Positions 40,701 to 50,500 of a stretch of DNA of 64,000 nucleotides are shown piece by piece. How positions within the stretch are numbered: the first letter of the stretch is position 1; the number at the start of each line of letters is the position of its first letter. Made by a program: the position numbers and the translations under genes. The stretch is from an uncultured virus (IMG/VR IMGVR_UViG_3300021197_001703) (taxonomy: Duplodnaviria; Heunggongvirae; Uroviricota; Caudoviricetes): IMG/VR virus record IMGVR_UViG_3300021197_001703; one strand, 5' to 3'. Below the pieces are notes generated by a model that made no database searches, had not been told where the DNA came from, and saw nothing but the letters and a program-made list of their open reading frames with translations.

Positions 40701-43111
40701 TGAGGGCCGCAGAACTATATATTAACTCTGCAAACGGTTCAACACTAAACGACATGTTCTATGTACGTAATGGTACAGGCATTAGAAACATGACACTAAT
40801 TGGATTAAATGGTGTACTTGGTTCAGTAAACACTTATGGAACTAAACGTCCTACAGCAGGTTCTTACGTATCGTTAGATCCAGGTTGGGGTACTGCACAC
40901 AAAGATGTTTGGATTATTAACAAATCTTGTTATGTACAAAACGTAACAAACTTTGGTACAGGTTGTGTTGGATTAAAAATTGACGGTGACTTACACGCAG
41001 GTGGTAACGACTCGATTGTTGCCAACGACTTTACACAAGTACTATCAGATGGTATTGGTGTATGGTGTACAAACTTAGGTAGAACTGAGCTGGTGTCAGT
41101 GTTCTCATACTACGGACACATTGGTTACCTTGCAGAGAACGGTGGTAAGATTCGTGCTACTAACGGTAACAGTTCATATGGTACATTTGGTGCTGTTGCT
41201 GAAGGTGTTGACTCAACAGAAGTTCCAATCCTTGCATACACAGATAACAAAGATAAACAGGCTCAAATTGGTCAGGTAATGACTGATGCGGCAAGAGTCA
41301 TAGCAGTGGAGTATTTAAATGCTGGTAGAGATTATGATACTAACGGCGGTAATGCAGTCATTACTATTACTGGCGACGGTTTTGGTTTAGGAACTGTAAC
41401 ACCAACATACAGAACAGGCGGTGTTATGGAAGTAAGATTACTTAACACAAGTGATAACTTCGGTGGTAAAGATTACAACACAGCAGGTAACGCGGCACAG
41501 ATTGGTAATGCAACACAGATTACAATTTCAAACACTGATACAAATACATCAGGAGAACTTGCAGGAATGGCTATTTGGATTGTTTCAGGATTAGGAACAG
41601 GACAATACGCTTACATTGACACATACAACGCAGGTACAAAAGTTGCAACAGTTAAAAAATATTCAGATGACACAGCAGGTTGGGATAACATTATTGGTGA
41701 AGCGATTGTACCATTATTAGATAGTACTACAACATACGAAATTGAACCAAGGCTAACATTTAGTACACCAACTGGTGACGGTTCAAGTACAAGTGTTCAA
41801 GCAATTGGTAGATGTAGAGTACAAGATGAAAAAATTAACCAAATTAGAATTATTGAGCCAGGACAAGGTTATGACAGTTCAGTAACAATGACAATTACTG
41901 ATCCAAACAACACTATTGAAGCACCATTTGAAATTAGAGTTGGTGACGGTGTATTAGGTCAGCCAACATTTGCTGGTGCAACTAACGCAGGTAGAGGTGA
42001 TGGATTTGATACTGCAACAGCACTTGTTACTGCAACAACTATTGAGAAAACTATTACAGGAGCATCTAAGGCTAACCCATGTAGAATTACAGCAGTAGCA
42101 CATGGTATTACAATAGATGGAACTAAAGTAAACATTAAAGAAGTATTAGGAATGATTAGATTGTTTGATCCAACAACTTATTTTGTAAAAGTTATTGATG
42201 CAGACAATTTTGATCTTTACAAAAATCCAACATTAACAGAAACACTTGATACAACAGCACAAGGTACATATACAACTGGTGGTAAAGTAATATATGGTGG
42301 TGGATTTATGGATAACTTACAAAGTGGTAAGTTTGTCCAAGTATCAGGATTAAACACAACACCAAGAGCTGGTTCAAACGTTGTGTTTGCAAATCAGCCA
42401 ACAGTGTTTTACAAACTTGTTGCTATAACAAATTTATTAGGTGGAGCGTCAGGACCATTTACTGCACAGTTGCAAGTAAGTCCAAACATTCCAGTAGACA
42501 ATGCCCCAGTGCATACAGAAAGTTCAGAGATTAGATTAAGATACTCACAAGTACGTCTAACAGGACATGACTTCTTAGACATTGGTACAGGTAACTTTAC
42601 AAATACAAATTATCCAAACCTACCATTGCAGGACCCAGTTCCAGCAAGTGAAGCCGTTGAAGGCGGAGGCGGAAGAGTATTCTTTACGTCAACAGACCAA
42701 GATGGTAACTTTAGAGTAGGTGGACTGTTTAACGTTGAACAGTCAACAGGTGTTGCGACACTTAACGCTGATGCATTTAACATTAGTGGATTGCAAGAAC
42801 TGTCATTGGGTAATATCGCACTTGGTAACACAGGTGCTACAGTCAACGAATTTAGCACCGATGGTACATTTGCCGCGAACAGCGACAGTATTGTACCAAC
42901 ACAAAGAGCAATTAGAACATATATCACGTCACAGATTGGTGGTGGTGCATCCACTCTTAACGTTAACCAAATTATTGCAGGTCTTGTACAGATTTCCGGA
43001 CAGGAAATTACTACAACTACAGTAGTTCCGATTAACGTCAAAGCACAATTTAACTTCCAAGGTGGAGTTGATGGTGCACCTGTGGCGCTAAATATGTTTT
43101 TGATGGGATAA
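37769..43111 (+). CDS. Very large tail fibre/structural protein (1780 aa), paralog of 31484
   Basis: Same MAEFKL.RIRF.WKG start, CBM5/12-like repeats, VGDELRST, SIVANDFTQ and YSQVRLTGHDFL motifs. Confidence 0.8.
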   Translation: MAEFKLGRIRFIWKGSWVTAKEYFKDDVVRYGGRTYIVNIGHISSNFDSQIANFDKMADGNEWKGNWSLSTVYKPNDIVKYGGYLYIANTGHTSASTTSDGLELDQSKWDLFCEGFDWLGDWGVTTRYKVNDIVRYGGVMYLCTEAHTSGATVGDGLELDNTKWDLFANGLTWLNAWIATTRYKKGDVVRYGGQVYVCNTGHTAGADNTAGLEEDQAKWDYLHKGIEYLGDWVTGTRYKNNDVVKYGSDLWICGTFHTAGATLAADEAKWSIFIPGLEFEDSWQNNENFQPGDVVTYGGYTYVSKTNNFNIIPYNNASDWDLFTTGFSFQGDYNNATAYKIGDVVRLGGWTFIALADGTGNRPPDAVYWDKLNEGLYWKNAWTNATYYDKGDVVRGINDVNSYVCVAPHTSEQVGAGQNRPDQDTAGNFWNLLNGGAEAGNLTTRGDLVYYGGSGPTRLPVGQPGQVLKVNETGTDPEWSFFGQLDAVYYTALDGVDADVPAAGVTLDKPFRTVQFGLQQIEKGARKPNATKLLKRNKSFIQDEVISWVDTQIVGSISPFTGSFTYTAADWRRDIGTFIDALAWDLSHGGNKRTRLETLAYFDSAADQYYVSNDGITSEFAAALTFITTLIDDVITQDAPATDYQAARSVATPTLRITDSTLTEEPEAQGILNALRAVATAALTAGNTTGVPAQLVANDTLFVKTGQFNEVLPMVVPEGCAVVGDELRSTKISPAGQLTNSGDSVYSIAGLVHLASIVDDVITNSAVTSTQTSFVVLASNASATTLDIMTGANSYAHTYTSGGTVTFSGTTVNVTAAAYDNVTGIVSITTDAAHGAVATDVVQVSSITWTCSLGTKVYPAVKAQDVAAPAGSSAAGTSAAGVATAIKNKIDFVLNANGSDVAFAGVNDPVKTAGYTDAVIRLEANKEFLVEEVVSKIAIDYPAYSFTTALKNSCKRDVRRYIEAIQHDIIYTGNYKGLRAAELYINSANGSTLNDMFYVRNGTGIRNMTLIGLNGVLGSVNTYGTKRPTAGSYVSLDPGWGTAHKDVWIINKSCYVQNVTNFGTGCVGLKIDGDLHAGGNDSIVANDFTQVLSDGIGVWCTNLGRTELVSVFSYYGHIGYLAENGGKIRATNGNSSYGTFGAVAEGVDSTEVPILAYTDNKDKQAQIGQVMTDAARVIAVEYLNAGRDYDTNGGNAVITITGDGFGLGTVTPTYRTGGVMEVRLLNTSDNFGGKDYNTAGNAAQIGNATQITISNTDTNTSGELAGMAIWIVSGLGTGQYAYIDTYNAGTKVATVKKYSDDTAGWDNIIGEAIVPLLDSTTTYEIEPRLTFSTPTGDGSSTSVQAIGRCRVQDEKINQIRIIEPGQGYDSSVTMTITDPNNTIEAPFEIRVGDGVLGQPTFAGATNAGRGDGFDTATALVTATTIEKTITGASKANPCRITAVAHGITIDGTKVNIKEVLGMIRLFDPTTYFVKVIDADNFDLYKNPTLTETLDTTAQGTYTTGGKVIYGGGFMDNLQSGKFVQVSGLNTTPRAGSNVVFANQPTVFYKLVAITNLLGGASGPFTAQLQVSPNIPVDNAPVHTESSEIRLRYSQVRLTGHDFLDIGTGNFTNTNYPNLPLQDPVPASEAVEGGGGRVFFTSTDQDGNFRVGGLFNVEQSTGVATLNADAFNISGLQELSLGNIALGNTGATVNEFSTDGTFAANSDSIVPTQRAIRTYITSQIGGGASTLNVNQIIAGLVQISGQEITTTTVVPINVKAQFNFQGGVDGAPVALNMFLMG

Positions 43112-43124
43112 AGGAGATTAAACC

Positions 43125-43442
43125 ATGGCAACAGGAAGATTAGGAGCGAGCGATTTGGTCGCTGGAACTAACACTACCGTATATACTGTGCCAACTGACA
43201 ACTATGCAGTTGTAACGTGTTCGGTGTGTAATAGAGGAAATCAAGCAATTGGTGTGCAAATGGCAGTTGCGGCGGCTGATACCCCAACAGGCGCAGAGTA
43301 TATAGAGTGGGAGACGGAAGTCTTGGCACACGGTGTACTTGAGAGATCGGGGATAGTAATGGACGCAGGGAAGAAGTTGGTCGTTAGATCAAGTTCAGGA
43401 AATGTTAGTGCAGTCGCGTTCGGTATTGAGACTGCGGCATAA
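43125..43442 (+). CDS. Small structural adaptor-like protein
   Basis: 105 aa; YTVP..YAVV..VCN; paralog of 21173 and 28804. Confidence 0.7.
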   Translation: MATGRLGASDLVAGTNTTVYTVPTDNYAVVTCSVCNRGNQAIGVQMAVAAADTPTGAEYIEWETEVLAHGVLERSGIVMDAGKKLVVRSSSGNVSAVAFGIETAA

Positions 43443-43464
43443 ATACATATAGAAGGATAAAACA

Positions 43465-43791
43465 ATGGGAAGATACATAACTACAACTGGAACCGCTGGT
43501 ACTGTACTCAAAACCGTTAGTACGACTTATCAGGCTGAAGTTAATGACAGAATTCTTTGTACAGGTGGGAGCTTTACGGTAACCCTACCAATTAGTACAA
43601 GTTTGTTAGAAAACGATACAGTTCAGATTGTCGACGTAACAGGAGCGTTTGCCGCGGCAAACTTAACTGTAGGACGTAACGGCGCGAAGATCCAGAATTT
43701 AAATGAAGATTTAACATTAGATATTAATAACTCAGCAGTAACACTTGTTTACACAGGTGCAACGTACGGCTGGATTATTAGTGGAACGTAA
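43465..43791 (+). CDS. Small tail fibre-associated protein (T4 gp34-type repeat domain)
   Basis: FTVTLP...DTVQIVD...NLTVGRNG.KI...LVY....GW motif; ATAAATA at 43439-43445. Confidence 0.65.
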   Translation: MGRYITTTGTAGTVLKTVSTTYQAEVNDRILCTGGSFTVTLPISTSLLENDTVQIVDVTGAFAAANLTVGRNGAKIQNLNEDLTLDINNSAVTLVYTGATYGWIISGT

Positions 43792-43811
43792 GATAATAGG
43801 AAAAGAAGAAC

Positions 43812-44543
43812 ATGTCAACATTACGTAATTTTCTTTCAGACGTTGAGCCAGCAAAAGCCGGCGTACAGAGAAACTTTTGGGTTTGGAATGATAGTACGAG
43901 CATCGGTAACGGTGGTAAGTGTTGTCTATGGACTTTACCAGCCAGCAAAGTAAACATAACTTTTGAGTTATGGGGCGGTGGCGGAGGCGGACACGGCGGT
44001 TGCTGTTGTCAGTTTCCAAATAGACCGGCCGCAGGCGGATCTTATGCAATCAGAACAATACAAAGTACGGCAGGATGTCAATATACAGTCTGTGCAGGCG
44101 GTTCAACTACATGTTGCTGTCACGGATGTATAGGCGGAAACGGCTATCCAAGTTTTGTTACTGGTTCAAGTATTCCAACAACTTGTGCACCAGGTGGTTG
44201 TGGAGGTAAGGCATGTTGCTTTACTGATGCATACACTTGTCACCCATCATTTGTGTGGCAGTGCGGTACAGGAGATTGGGGACTTCCACAAATTACAGGA
44301 AGTTCAAAAAGAAGTCAATATTGTCATAACCAAATGTGGAACTTTGTAACAGGTCCTGCATTATTTGGTGTGTCAAGAAGAACTAAAGACTGGTGTGCGG
44401 GTAACTTTACCAACACTGGTTCATGCTTTAACTGTTTAGCGGCTTTCCCAGGTGGTGGCGGCGGTGGTGGAGCGGCTTGCGGAGAACCATGTTGCTGGGG
44501 CGGCTGGGGACAAGCAGGTGCAGTCAAAGTTAGTTATAGTTAA
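43812..44543 (+). CDS. Cys/Gly-rich protein 1 (adhesin/fibre-tip-like)
   Basis: About 24 Cys in 243 aa; GGKCC.WT.P, FE.WGGG...CCCQ and FPGGGG. Confidence 0.75.
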   Translation: MSTLRNFLSDVEPAKAGVQRNFWVWNDSTSIGNGGKCCLWTLPASKVNITFELWGGGGGGHGGCCCQFPNRPAAGGSYAIRTIQSTAGCQYTVCAGGSTTCCCHGCIGGNGYPSFVTGSSIPTTCAPGGCGGKACCFTDAYTCHPSFVWQCGTGDWGLPQITGSSKRSQYCHNQMWNFVTGPALFGVSRRTKDWCAGNFTNTGSCFNCLAAFPGGGGGGGAACGEPCCWGGWGQAGAVKVSYS

Positions 44544-44562
44544 GGAAACGGAGAAATAAATT

Positions 44563-45270
44563 ATGCCTACTAATACAACAATTACACAGCAATTTACCTA
44601 CGATCTTCCAGACGACTATCTTGCCCAAACAAACGCAGACGGTAACACTGCGACTGCGAATTACAACGGGCCTGATAAGATTTGGATTTTTGTAGATCAA
44701 GATACTGGACGTAGTGATACTTCCAGGCTCGTGTTAACAGAAGAAGAAAACGGGGAAACATACCCTGTACCAGAAGATCAATTTAAAATAGAAGTCAACT
44801 GTGCAACTGACCCAGTACTTTGTTCATTATTTGATGCACAAACAGAATGGGACACAGTAGTTGGACAAACTAATATCGTTGTAGATTTACCAGATGGTAC
44901 TACATACGAAAGACCAGATCCAACAGATGTTGATCATACATACGAATTAGACGAGTGTGTTTACAATAAAGATGGTACATTAACTGACGGAACTTATACT
45001 GGCGGTACATGGACTATGAGTTGGAAGAAACCTTGGTCATCATGGGATCAGTTAATTATTGTTAGAAACAATATGTTAACAGGTTCAGATAGTAAGATTG
45101 CTGACGATATGCCTGCGGACCATAAAGCAAAGTGGACAACGTACAGACAAAAATTACGTGATTTACCAGCATTATTTAAACACGGCGAAGCAGATGAGTT
45201 TCCAGCACATATGGTAAACTTTCCAGTTGAGCCAGATGCGGATATTGCAACAGTAGAGGACGACGAATAA
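44563..45270 (+). CDS. Tail fibre assembly chaperone-like protein 1
   Basis: RNNMLTGSD...WTTYRQKLRDLP motif. Confidence 0.75.
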   Translation: MPTNTTITQQFTYDLPDDYLAQTNADGNTATANYNGPDKIWIFVDQDTGRSDTSRLVLTEEENGETYPVPEDQFKIEVNCATDPVLCSLFDAQTEWDTVVGQTNIVVDLPDGTTYERPDPTDVDHTYELDECVYNKDGTLTDGTYTGGTWTMSWKKPWSSWDQLIIVRNNMLTGSDSKIADDMPADHKAKWTTYRQKLRDLPALFKHGEADEFPAHMVNFPVEPDADIATVEDDE

Positions 45271-45271
45271 T

Positions 45272-46012
45272 ATGTCAAGTTTAAGAACCTTATTACAATA
45301 TGGAACAAGTTCCGGAGGATCTACTCCTTTAACTTCATTAAGAGTATACGCTACAAACATTACCGATCAAAACAATGGCGGTAAATGTTGTCAATGGACA
45401 GTACCAGCAGGTGCTGACTGGGCGGCTTTTGAAGTTTGGGGAGGCGGCGGACCAGGCGCTGGTGTATGTTGTTGCCAACAAGGTTGGGCAGGTGGATCAG
45501 GTTCTTATGGTAGACGAATTATTACAGTTACACCAGCAGAAACATTTACAATATGTGCGGCAGGATCAACTTGCTGTCACTCAAGATGTTATCCTTGTAG
45601 AGGATTTCCGAGTTACGTATGCGGACCAAGTTCATTTTGTATGTGTTCATCGGGCGGTGCAGAAACAGCAAGTAAATGTTTTTGGAGCCAAGGATGTTCA
45701 TACAGTGGATGTCAAATGTTCAACTGTGGTTGTGTAAATGGAGCAACTTTAGCAATGTGTGGTACAACAGGTGGCGGACATGGTTCAGCTCACTGTGCAT
45801 CAGACATGCACCAGTTTATTCCGAGTGCACCGTTTACAGGAGTTACAAGAATGTCACGTTCAGGTTGTTATAAATCACATGGACAAGATCAAGGAGACCA
45901 CGGAGTATTCCCTGGAGGGGGTGGTGCTTCTGGAGTAACACACAACGAAACATGTTATTGCGGAGCGAAAGGCATGGGCGGATTAGTAACAGTTTACTAT
46001 ACGGCAACATAA
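45272..46012 (+). CDS. Cys/Gly-rich protein 2
   Basis: About 23 Cys in 246 aa; same conserved blocks as 43812. Confidence 0.75.
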   Translation: MSSLRTLLQYGTSSGGSTPLTSLRVYATNITDQNNGGKCCQWTVPAGADWAAFEVWGGGGPGAGVCCCQQGWAGGSGSYGRRIITVTPAETFTICAAGSTCCHSRCYPCRGFPSYVCGPSSFCMCSSGGAETASKCFWSQGCSYSGCQMFNCGCVNGATLAMCGTTGGGHGSAHCASDMHQFIPSAPFTGVTRMSRSGCYKSHGQDQGDHGVFPGGGGASGVTHNETCYCGAKGMGGLVTVYYTAT

Positions 46013-46027
46013 GGAGAATATAGTAGT

Positions 46028-46750
46028 ATGTCAACATTAAGAGATTTTTTATTCGGCTATGAAGAGGCTAAAGCAATTCCAGCAGAACTTGCAGTCTATG
46101 CCACAAATACTACTACCGAAAATAACGGTGGAAAATGTTGTTTGTGGACGGTACCAGCAGGCGTATCATATGCAACCTTTGAAATATGGGGCGGCGGAGC
46201 GGCTGGTGACGGCGGATGTTGTTGCCAAATGGGATATCCATCAACAGGTGGAGCATATGGACAAAAAGCGTCAGAAGTAGAGGCTGGACAACAATTAACA
46301 ATTTGTGCGGCAGGTTCAACTTGCTGTAGACAAAAAGGAAACTGTCAACAAGGTTGTGATTCATATGTATGTAGATCAGGTAACTGGTGTGCAAGAGCAT
46401 GTGGAGGAAGAGTTATGCGTACAGAATGTTTCATGTACAGAACATGTTATTCATGTTGTAGAATGAGATACTGTGTACACGGACACTCAGGCATGGACTT
46501 TGGAATTGGAACTACAAATTCAACAGCACAATTAAGTCAATACTGCCATGATAGAGGTAACATGATGGTTGCTGATACATATGGTAGAGGTGGATTTAGA
46601 AACGGACCAAACGGATGTTGTGCATGGGGCGGATCGCAAGGCTTTGGATTATTTCCAGGTGGTGGCGGTATGTCTGCACAAGCATACGGAGAAGTTTGTT
46701 GTTGTGGTTCACCAGGAGCAGGAGGCTTAGTTTACGTAGTTTACTACTAA
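46028..46750 (+). CDS. Cys/Gly-rich protein 3
   Basis: About 24 Cys in 240 aa; same conserved blocks. Confidence 0.75.
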   Translation: MSTLRDFLFGYEEAKAIPAELAVYATNTTTENNGGKCCLWTVPAGVSYATFEIWGGGAAGDGGCCCQMGYPSTGGAYGQKASEVEAGQQLTICAAGSTCCRQKGNCQQGCDSYVCRSGNWCARACGGRVMRTECFMYRTCYSCCRMRYCVHGHSGMDFGIGTTNSTAQLSQYCHDRGNMMVADTYGRGGFRNGPNGCCAWGGSQGFGLFPGGGGMSAQAYGEVCCCGSPGAGGLVYVVYY

Positions 46751-46762
46751 TAAGGAAAAAAC

Positions 46763-47722
46763 ATGGCAGATATTACACATACATTTAACTACGCTAAACC
46801 AGATGAATATTTGGGGCAGTTTGATAATCAACAATTAGTAGGTACGCACACGTACGAAGGCCCAGATGCAATGTGGGTGTTTATTGATAAAGCAACAAAC
46901 AAGATTGCACCAGCAGGATACATGACCGAAGAAGATGGAAATGATTTTAATCCGCCTGTAAACTTAAAAAAAGTTTTTGTAGACTGTACAGAGTTTCCAA
47001 TTATTTGCTCATTAATGGAAGCAGATCAAGATGATGAAGCACATGAAACAATGGTAGAAACACTACCAAATGGTGTAGAATACACAACTTATGTTGATCC
47101 AGATCCACATCATACATACGAAAAATTTGACATTGAATGTAATAACAATGACGAATTTATTAAAGTAGCAAGTAGCATAAAAGGTGGAAATCCACATTAT
47201 CCTTGGAAGAAGCCACACATTACTTGGGCACACTTACGTAGACATAGAACATCTTTATTAGGTTGGTCAGACGATAAAACAAGTGACGATATGCCAACAA
47301 GTTTAATTGCTTCATGGGCAACATACAGACAAGCATTAAGAGATATTCCTGTAAGTTTTGGAGATAGTTTTGCTGTTGATATTACTGCTGGCGGTTCTAA
47401 TTACGAAGTAGGTGACAAAATTAAATTTGCAAAAGCAAACTTAGACAATTTTATTATTGCTGACGAACTTGTTGCTACTGTAAAAACAGTTAACAGTGGT
47501 GCTATTACTGCATTAACTTTAAGCAGTAACCAAGCAATTAACGATGGTAAAGATATTGTAGAAGGAAGACCGGCAAAAGAATTTGTTGGTGCTACATTTA
47601 CATACGAAGCAGTTGCTGATGGTGCAGATGCTGGTACAGGTGCTACATTTAGAGTTCACAAGTGTCAACGTTATGCGGCATGGAAAGTAGATGTTCCTCG
47701 TTCACCTTGCGGTACTGCATAA
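46763..47722 (+). CDS. Tail fibre assembly chaperone-like protein 2 with an extra beta domain
   Basis: WATYRQALRDIP; paralog of 44563; carries an additional GGSNYEVGDKI module. Confidence 0.75.
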   Translation: MADITHTFNYAKPDEYLGQFDNQQLVGTHTYEGPDAMWVFIDKATNKIAPAGYMTEEDGNDFNPPVNLKKVFVDCTEFPIICSLMEADQDDEAHETMVETLPNGVEYTTYVDPDPHHTYEKFDIECNNNDEFIKVASSIKGGNPHYPWKKPHITWAHLRRHRTSLLGWSDDKTSDDMPTSLIASWATYRQALRDIPVSFGDSFAVDITAGGSNYEVGDKIKFAKANLDNFIIADELVATVKTVNSGAITALTLSSNQAINDGKDIVEGRPAKEFVGATFTYEAVADGADAGTGATFRVHKCQRYAAWKVDVPRSPCGTA

Positions 47723-47767
47723 GCCAAATCTCACCCTAAGAGTTATACCCTATATGTAAATAATTGT

Positions 47768-48601
47768 ATGAGTAATACAGTTAGATTTGCGGGTGCTCAA
47801 ATACCTGTAACACAAGATCTTAATAAAAATAAAGATAGTATTCTAAAGGCAATTGACTGGGCCGCAGAAAATAACTGCGACTGGCTATTAACACCTGAAG
47901 GTTCACTGTCAGGTTACTTTCCAAACTTTGATATAGTATTAGAAAATGGCATGCCCGACTTAGCCAAAGCCGCATACGAAGTTATTTCATATGCAAATAA
48001 AAAAGGCATGGGTATTGCACTTGGTACTCTATGGGTTGATATTGAGCATCGAGGAAGTATTAGAAAAAATCAGATCAGGTATTATGATAAACAAGGCGAA
48101 TTACTTGGAGCAACTAATAAGCAATATATTGTAGGTGGGGAAGATAGTCCACATCATAGTTGGGATCAAGTATTAGCAGATCCACCAGGAACAACTAAAA
48201 CACATTATCTTAATAACGTAAGAACATGCGGAATGATATGTAATGATTTTTGGGGTAATGGATTTAGATTTAACGCACCAAGTTTACCGTTAATGGCAAG
48301 TATACATAGCGTAGAAGTTATATTACATGCTACAAATGGTGATAGAGGAAACAGTCAAGACAAGTTATGGATGGAATGGCATGATGTACACTTACGTATG
48401 ATGAGTACGCAATATGGAATTCCTATTATAACTGTTGATAGTTGCTGTGATAAGTTTGGTGAAAGAGAAGATTTACCAACAAGTAGTCCAAGTGGAGTAT
48501 TAGTAGATGGAGAATGGGTGGTACAAGTACCACGTACCGGACAACAACACTTCTATTGGGACTATGTCAAGAATGATGAACAACAACAAACTATACAATA
48601 A
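47768..48601 (+). CDS. Carbon-nitrogen hydrolase (nitrilase superfamily)
   Basis: Glu-Lys-Cys triad motifs TPEGSLSGY, NKQY and ICNDFW; TAAATA at 47757-47762. Confidence 0.85.
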   Translation: MSNTVRFAGAQIPVTQDLNKNKDSILKAIDWAAENNCDWLLTPEGSLSGYFPNFDIVLENGMPDLAKAAYEVISYANKKGMGIALGTLWVDIEHRGSIRKNQIRYYDKQGELLGATNKQYIVGGEDSPHHSWDQVLADPPGTTKTHYLNNVRTCGMICNDFWGNGFRFNAPSLPLMASIHSVEVILHATNGDRGNSQDKLWMEWHDVHLRMMSTQYGIPIITVDSCCDKFGEREDLPTSSPSGVLVDGEWVVQVPRTGQQHFYWDYVKNDEQQQTIQ

Positions 48602-48630
48602 GTAATTGCATAAAGGAACTATAAAACATA

Positions 48631-49614
48631 ATGTCAAACAAAAGAAACACAGCATTTTTTATTAACGGCGGAGCAGGCAGAGTTATTTGTTCAATCCCTG
48701 CTTTAGAACTCTATCACACAGAAAATCCAGATGATGATTTTATCATTGTATGCGAAGGCGGAATGGACTTTTACAAAGGACATCCTGTACTACATAAAAA
48801 AGCATATGATGTTTTTCACAAAAACTTATTTGAAGATAAGTTAATTGATCGTGAACTTAAAACACCTGAACCATATAGAGTATGGGAATATTATAATCAA
48901 AAAGCATCGTTAGGTCAGTGCTATGACATTGAAATTAATAATAAAGGTGTAAGAGAATTACCAAGACCTAAACTTAAACTTAGTCAACAAGAAGCAATGT
49001 CTGGACTAAAGTTAATTGAAGAAGTAAAAGAAAAAACTAAAAAGAAAAAAGTAATAGTTTTCCAACCATTTGGTAGAGGAACAGTTAACGAAAACGGAAT
49101 GATCGGTGATCCAAGCGGAAGAAGTTTTGATCCAGAAAACGTAGTTAACATTGTTAAGAAACTTTCAAAGGATTATGGTATAATCTTTATGAGTGAAATT
49201 GCTATTGAGTTTAACAAGCACGGTGTAAAAGAACCTGTTGCTATTCCACAAAACATTGATTTAAGATTCTGGTGTGGAATTATTCAAGCCGCAGATCACT
49301 TCTTAGGTTGTGATAGTGTAGGCGGACATATTGTTAATGCAATAGACGGCTCAGCAACTATTGTTGTTGGATCAACATTTAAAGAAAATATTTCTTATCC
49401 TGAGAATCCTAAGTTTGACATCCTTGATATGGGCGAAGGTGCAAGAGTTTATAGTCCTATTAGGATTACAATGGACGAATGGTCTGACAGAACTAATGAA
49501 GGTATTATGGCAATGAATGATACAATAGAAGATCTTGTTGTTAAGTCAGTCCATAGTATGATTAAAGATGGAAAACGAGTTGAAATCCCAGAAGCACCAG
49601 AACAAGAAGAATAG
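48631..49614 (+). CDS. GT-B glycosyltransferase, GT9 (heptosyltransferase)-like
   Basis: GGAGRVICSIPAL, IVFQPFG and IIQAADHFLGCDSVGGHI resemble GT9 motifs. Confidence 0.65.
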   Translation: MSNKRNTAFFINGGAGRVICSIPALELYHTENPDDDFIIVCEGGMDFYKGHPVLHKKAYDVFHKNLFEDKLIDRELKTPEPYRVWEYYNQKASLGQCYDIEINNKGVRELPRPKLKLSQQEAMSGLKLIEEVKEKTKKKKVIVFQPFGRGTVNENGMIGDPSGRSFDPENVVNIVKKLSKDYGIIFMSEIAIEFNKHGVKEPVAIPQNIDLRFWCGIIQAADHFLGCDSVGGHIVNAIDGSATIVVGSTFKENISYPENPKFDILDMGEGARVYSPIRITMDEWSDRTNEGIMAMNDTIEDLVVKSVHSMIKDGKRVEIPEAPEQEE

Positions 49615-50500
49615 ACTATTTGTATTTGGCTGTAGTTTCACAATGTATGCGTGGCCAACGTATGCTGACTTCTTAGGTTATGAATTTGACTACTATGAGA
49701 ACTGGGGCTTTCCTGGTTTAGGCAATCGTGCTATTGCAGAACGTGTTGCAGAATGTCACGTAAAAAATAATTTTACAAAAGACGATACAGTAATTGTACA
49801 ATGGAGTACGCATACACGTAACGACTGGCATACTTTTAAAACTGTAGAGTTTAAAGGTAAGCGAGGTGATGCAATTAGAAATACTGACGAAATAGGTTGG
49901 AAAACTAAAGGCAGTATTTTTAATTACATGAATAGAGAAGTTTGCTATGATGATAAATGGATAGAAACTTTCTGGGACGAGCATAGTTATTATATGCACG
50001 GACAAAATGCAATAATACTTACACAAGGATTATTAGAAAGCACAGGTTGTACATGGCGTATGACAAGTATTGGTCATATGAATAAGTTAGGTACTGACAT
50101 GCCAAACATAAATGACTTTGGAGAAACACCAACTGATACTGCTGACGTATATAAAGAAAGACCTGAATTAAAAGTTTACAAAAACATAGACAAAACAAAT
50201 TGGTTAGAACCTTTAGGTTTGTTTGCTTGGACACGTAAAGAAAAACATTACACTTTTTATGATCCAGAATCAAAAGAAGATTGGATGGAACCACACCCAA
50301 GTCATTGGCAACATTACGACTATCTTAATGAAGTAGTGCGTCCAAGTTTGGGTCTTAAAAGCAAAAATAACGATAAACAACATAGTACAGTTGAACTATT
50401 AGATAAACTAAAAGATGAAAATCACGACCTTTTAAGTTTCGAAGAAGGCATTTTAAAAGAAGTTGTTGATTATAATCATACTGGATACATAGGATTTTAA
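49568..50500 (+). CDS. SGNH-like hydrolase/acyltransferase
   Basis: FVFGCSFT, WGFPGLGN and EPHPS...H motifs. Confidence 0.5.
   Translation: MENELKSQKHQNKKNRLFVFGCSFTMYAWPTYADFLGYEFDYYENWGFPGLGNRAIAERVAECHVKNNFTKDDTVIVQWSTHTRNDWHTFKTVEFKGKRGDAIRNTDEIGWKTKGSIFNYMNREVCYDDKWIETFWDEHSYYMHGQNAIILTQGLLESTGCTWRMTSIGHMNKLGTDMPNINDFGETPTDTADVYKERPELKVYKNIDKTNWLEPLGLFAWTRKEKHYTFYDPESKEDWMEPHPSHWQHYDYLNEVVRPSLGLKSKNNDKQHSTVELLDKLKDENHDLLSFEEGILKEVVDYNHTGYIGF

Noticed and set aside
22088..46750. Diversity-generating retroelement or invertible fibre cassette
   Set aside because: No reverse transcriptase or recombinase in the window. Identical DNA between paralogs is limited to ~20-nt patches in conserved motifs, and I saw no adenine-specific TR/VR pair.
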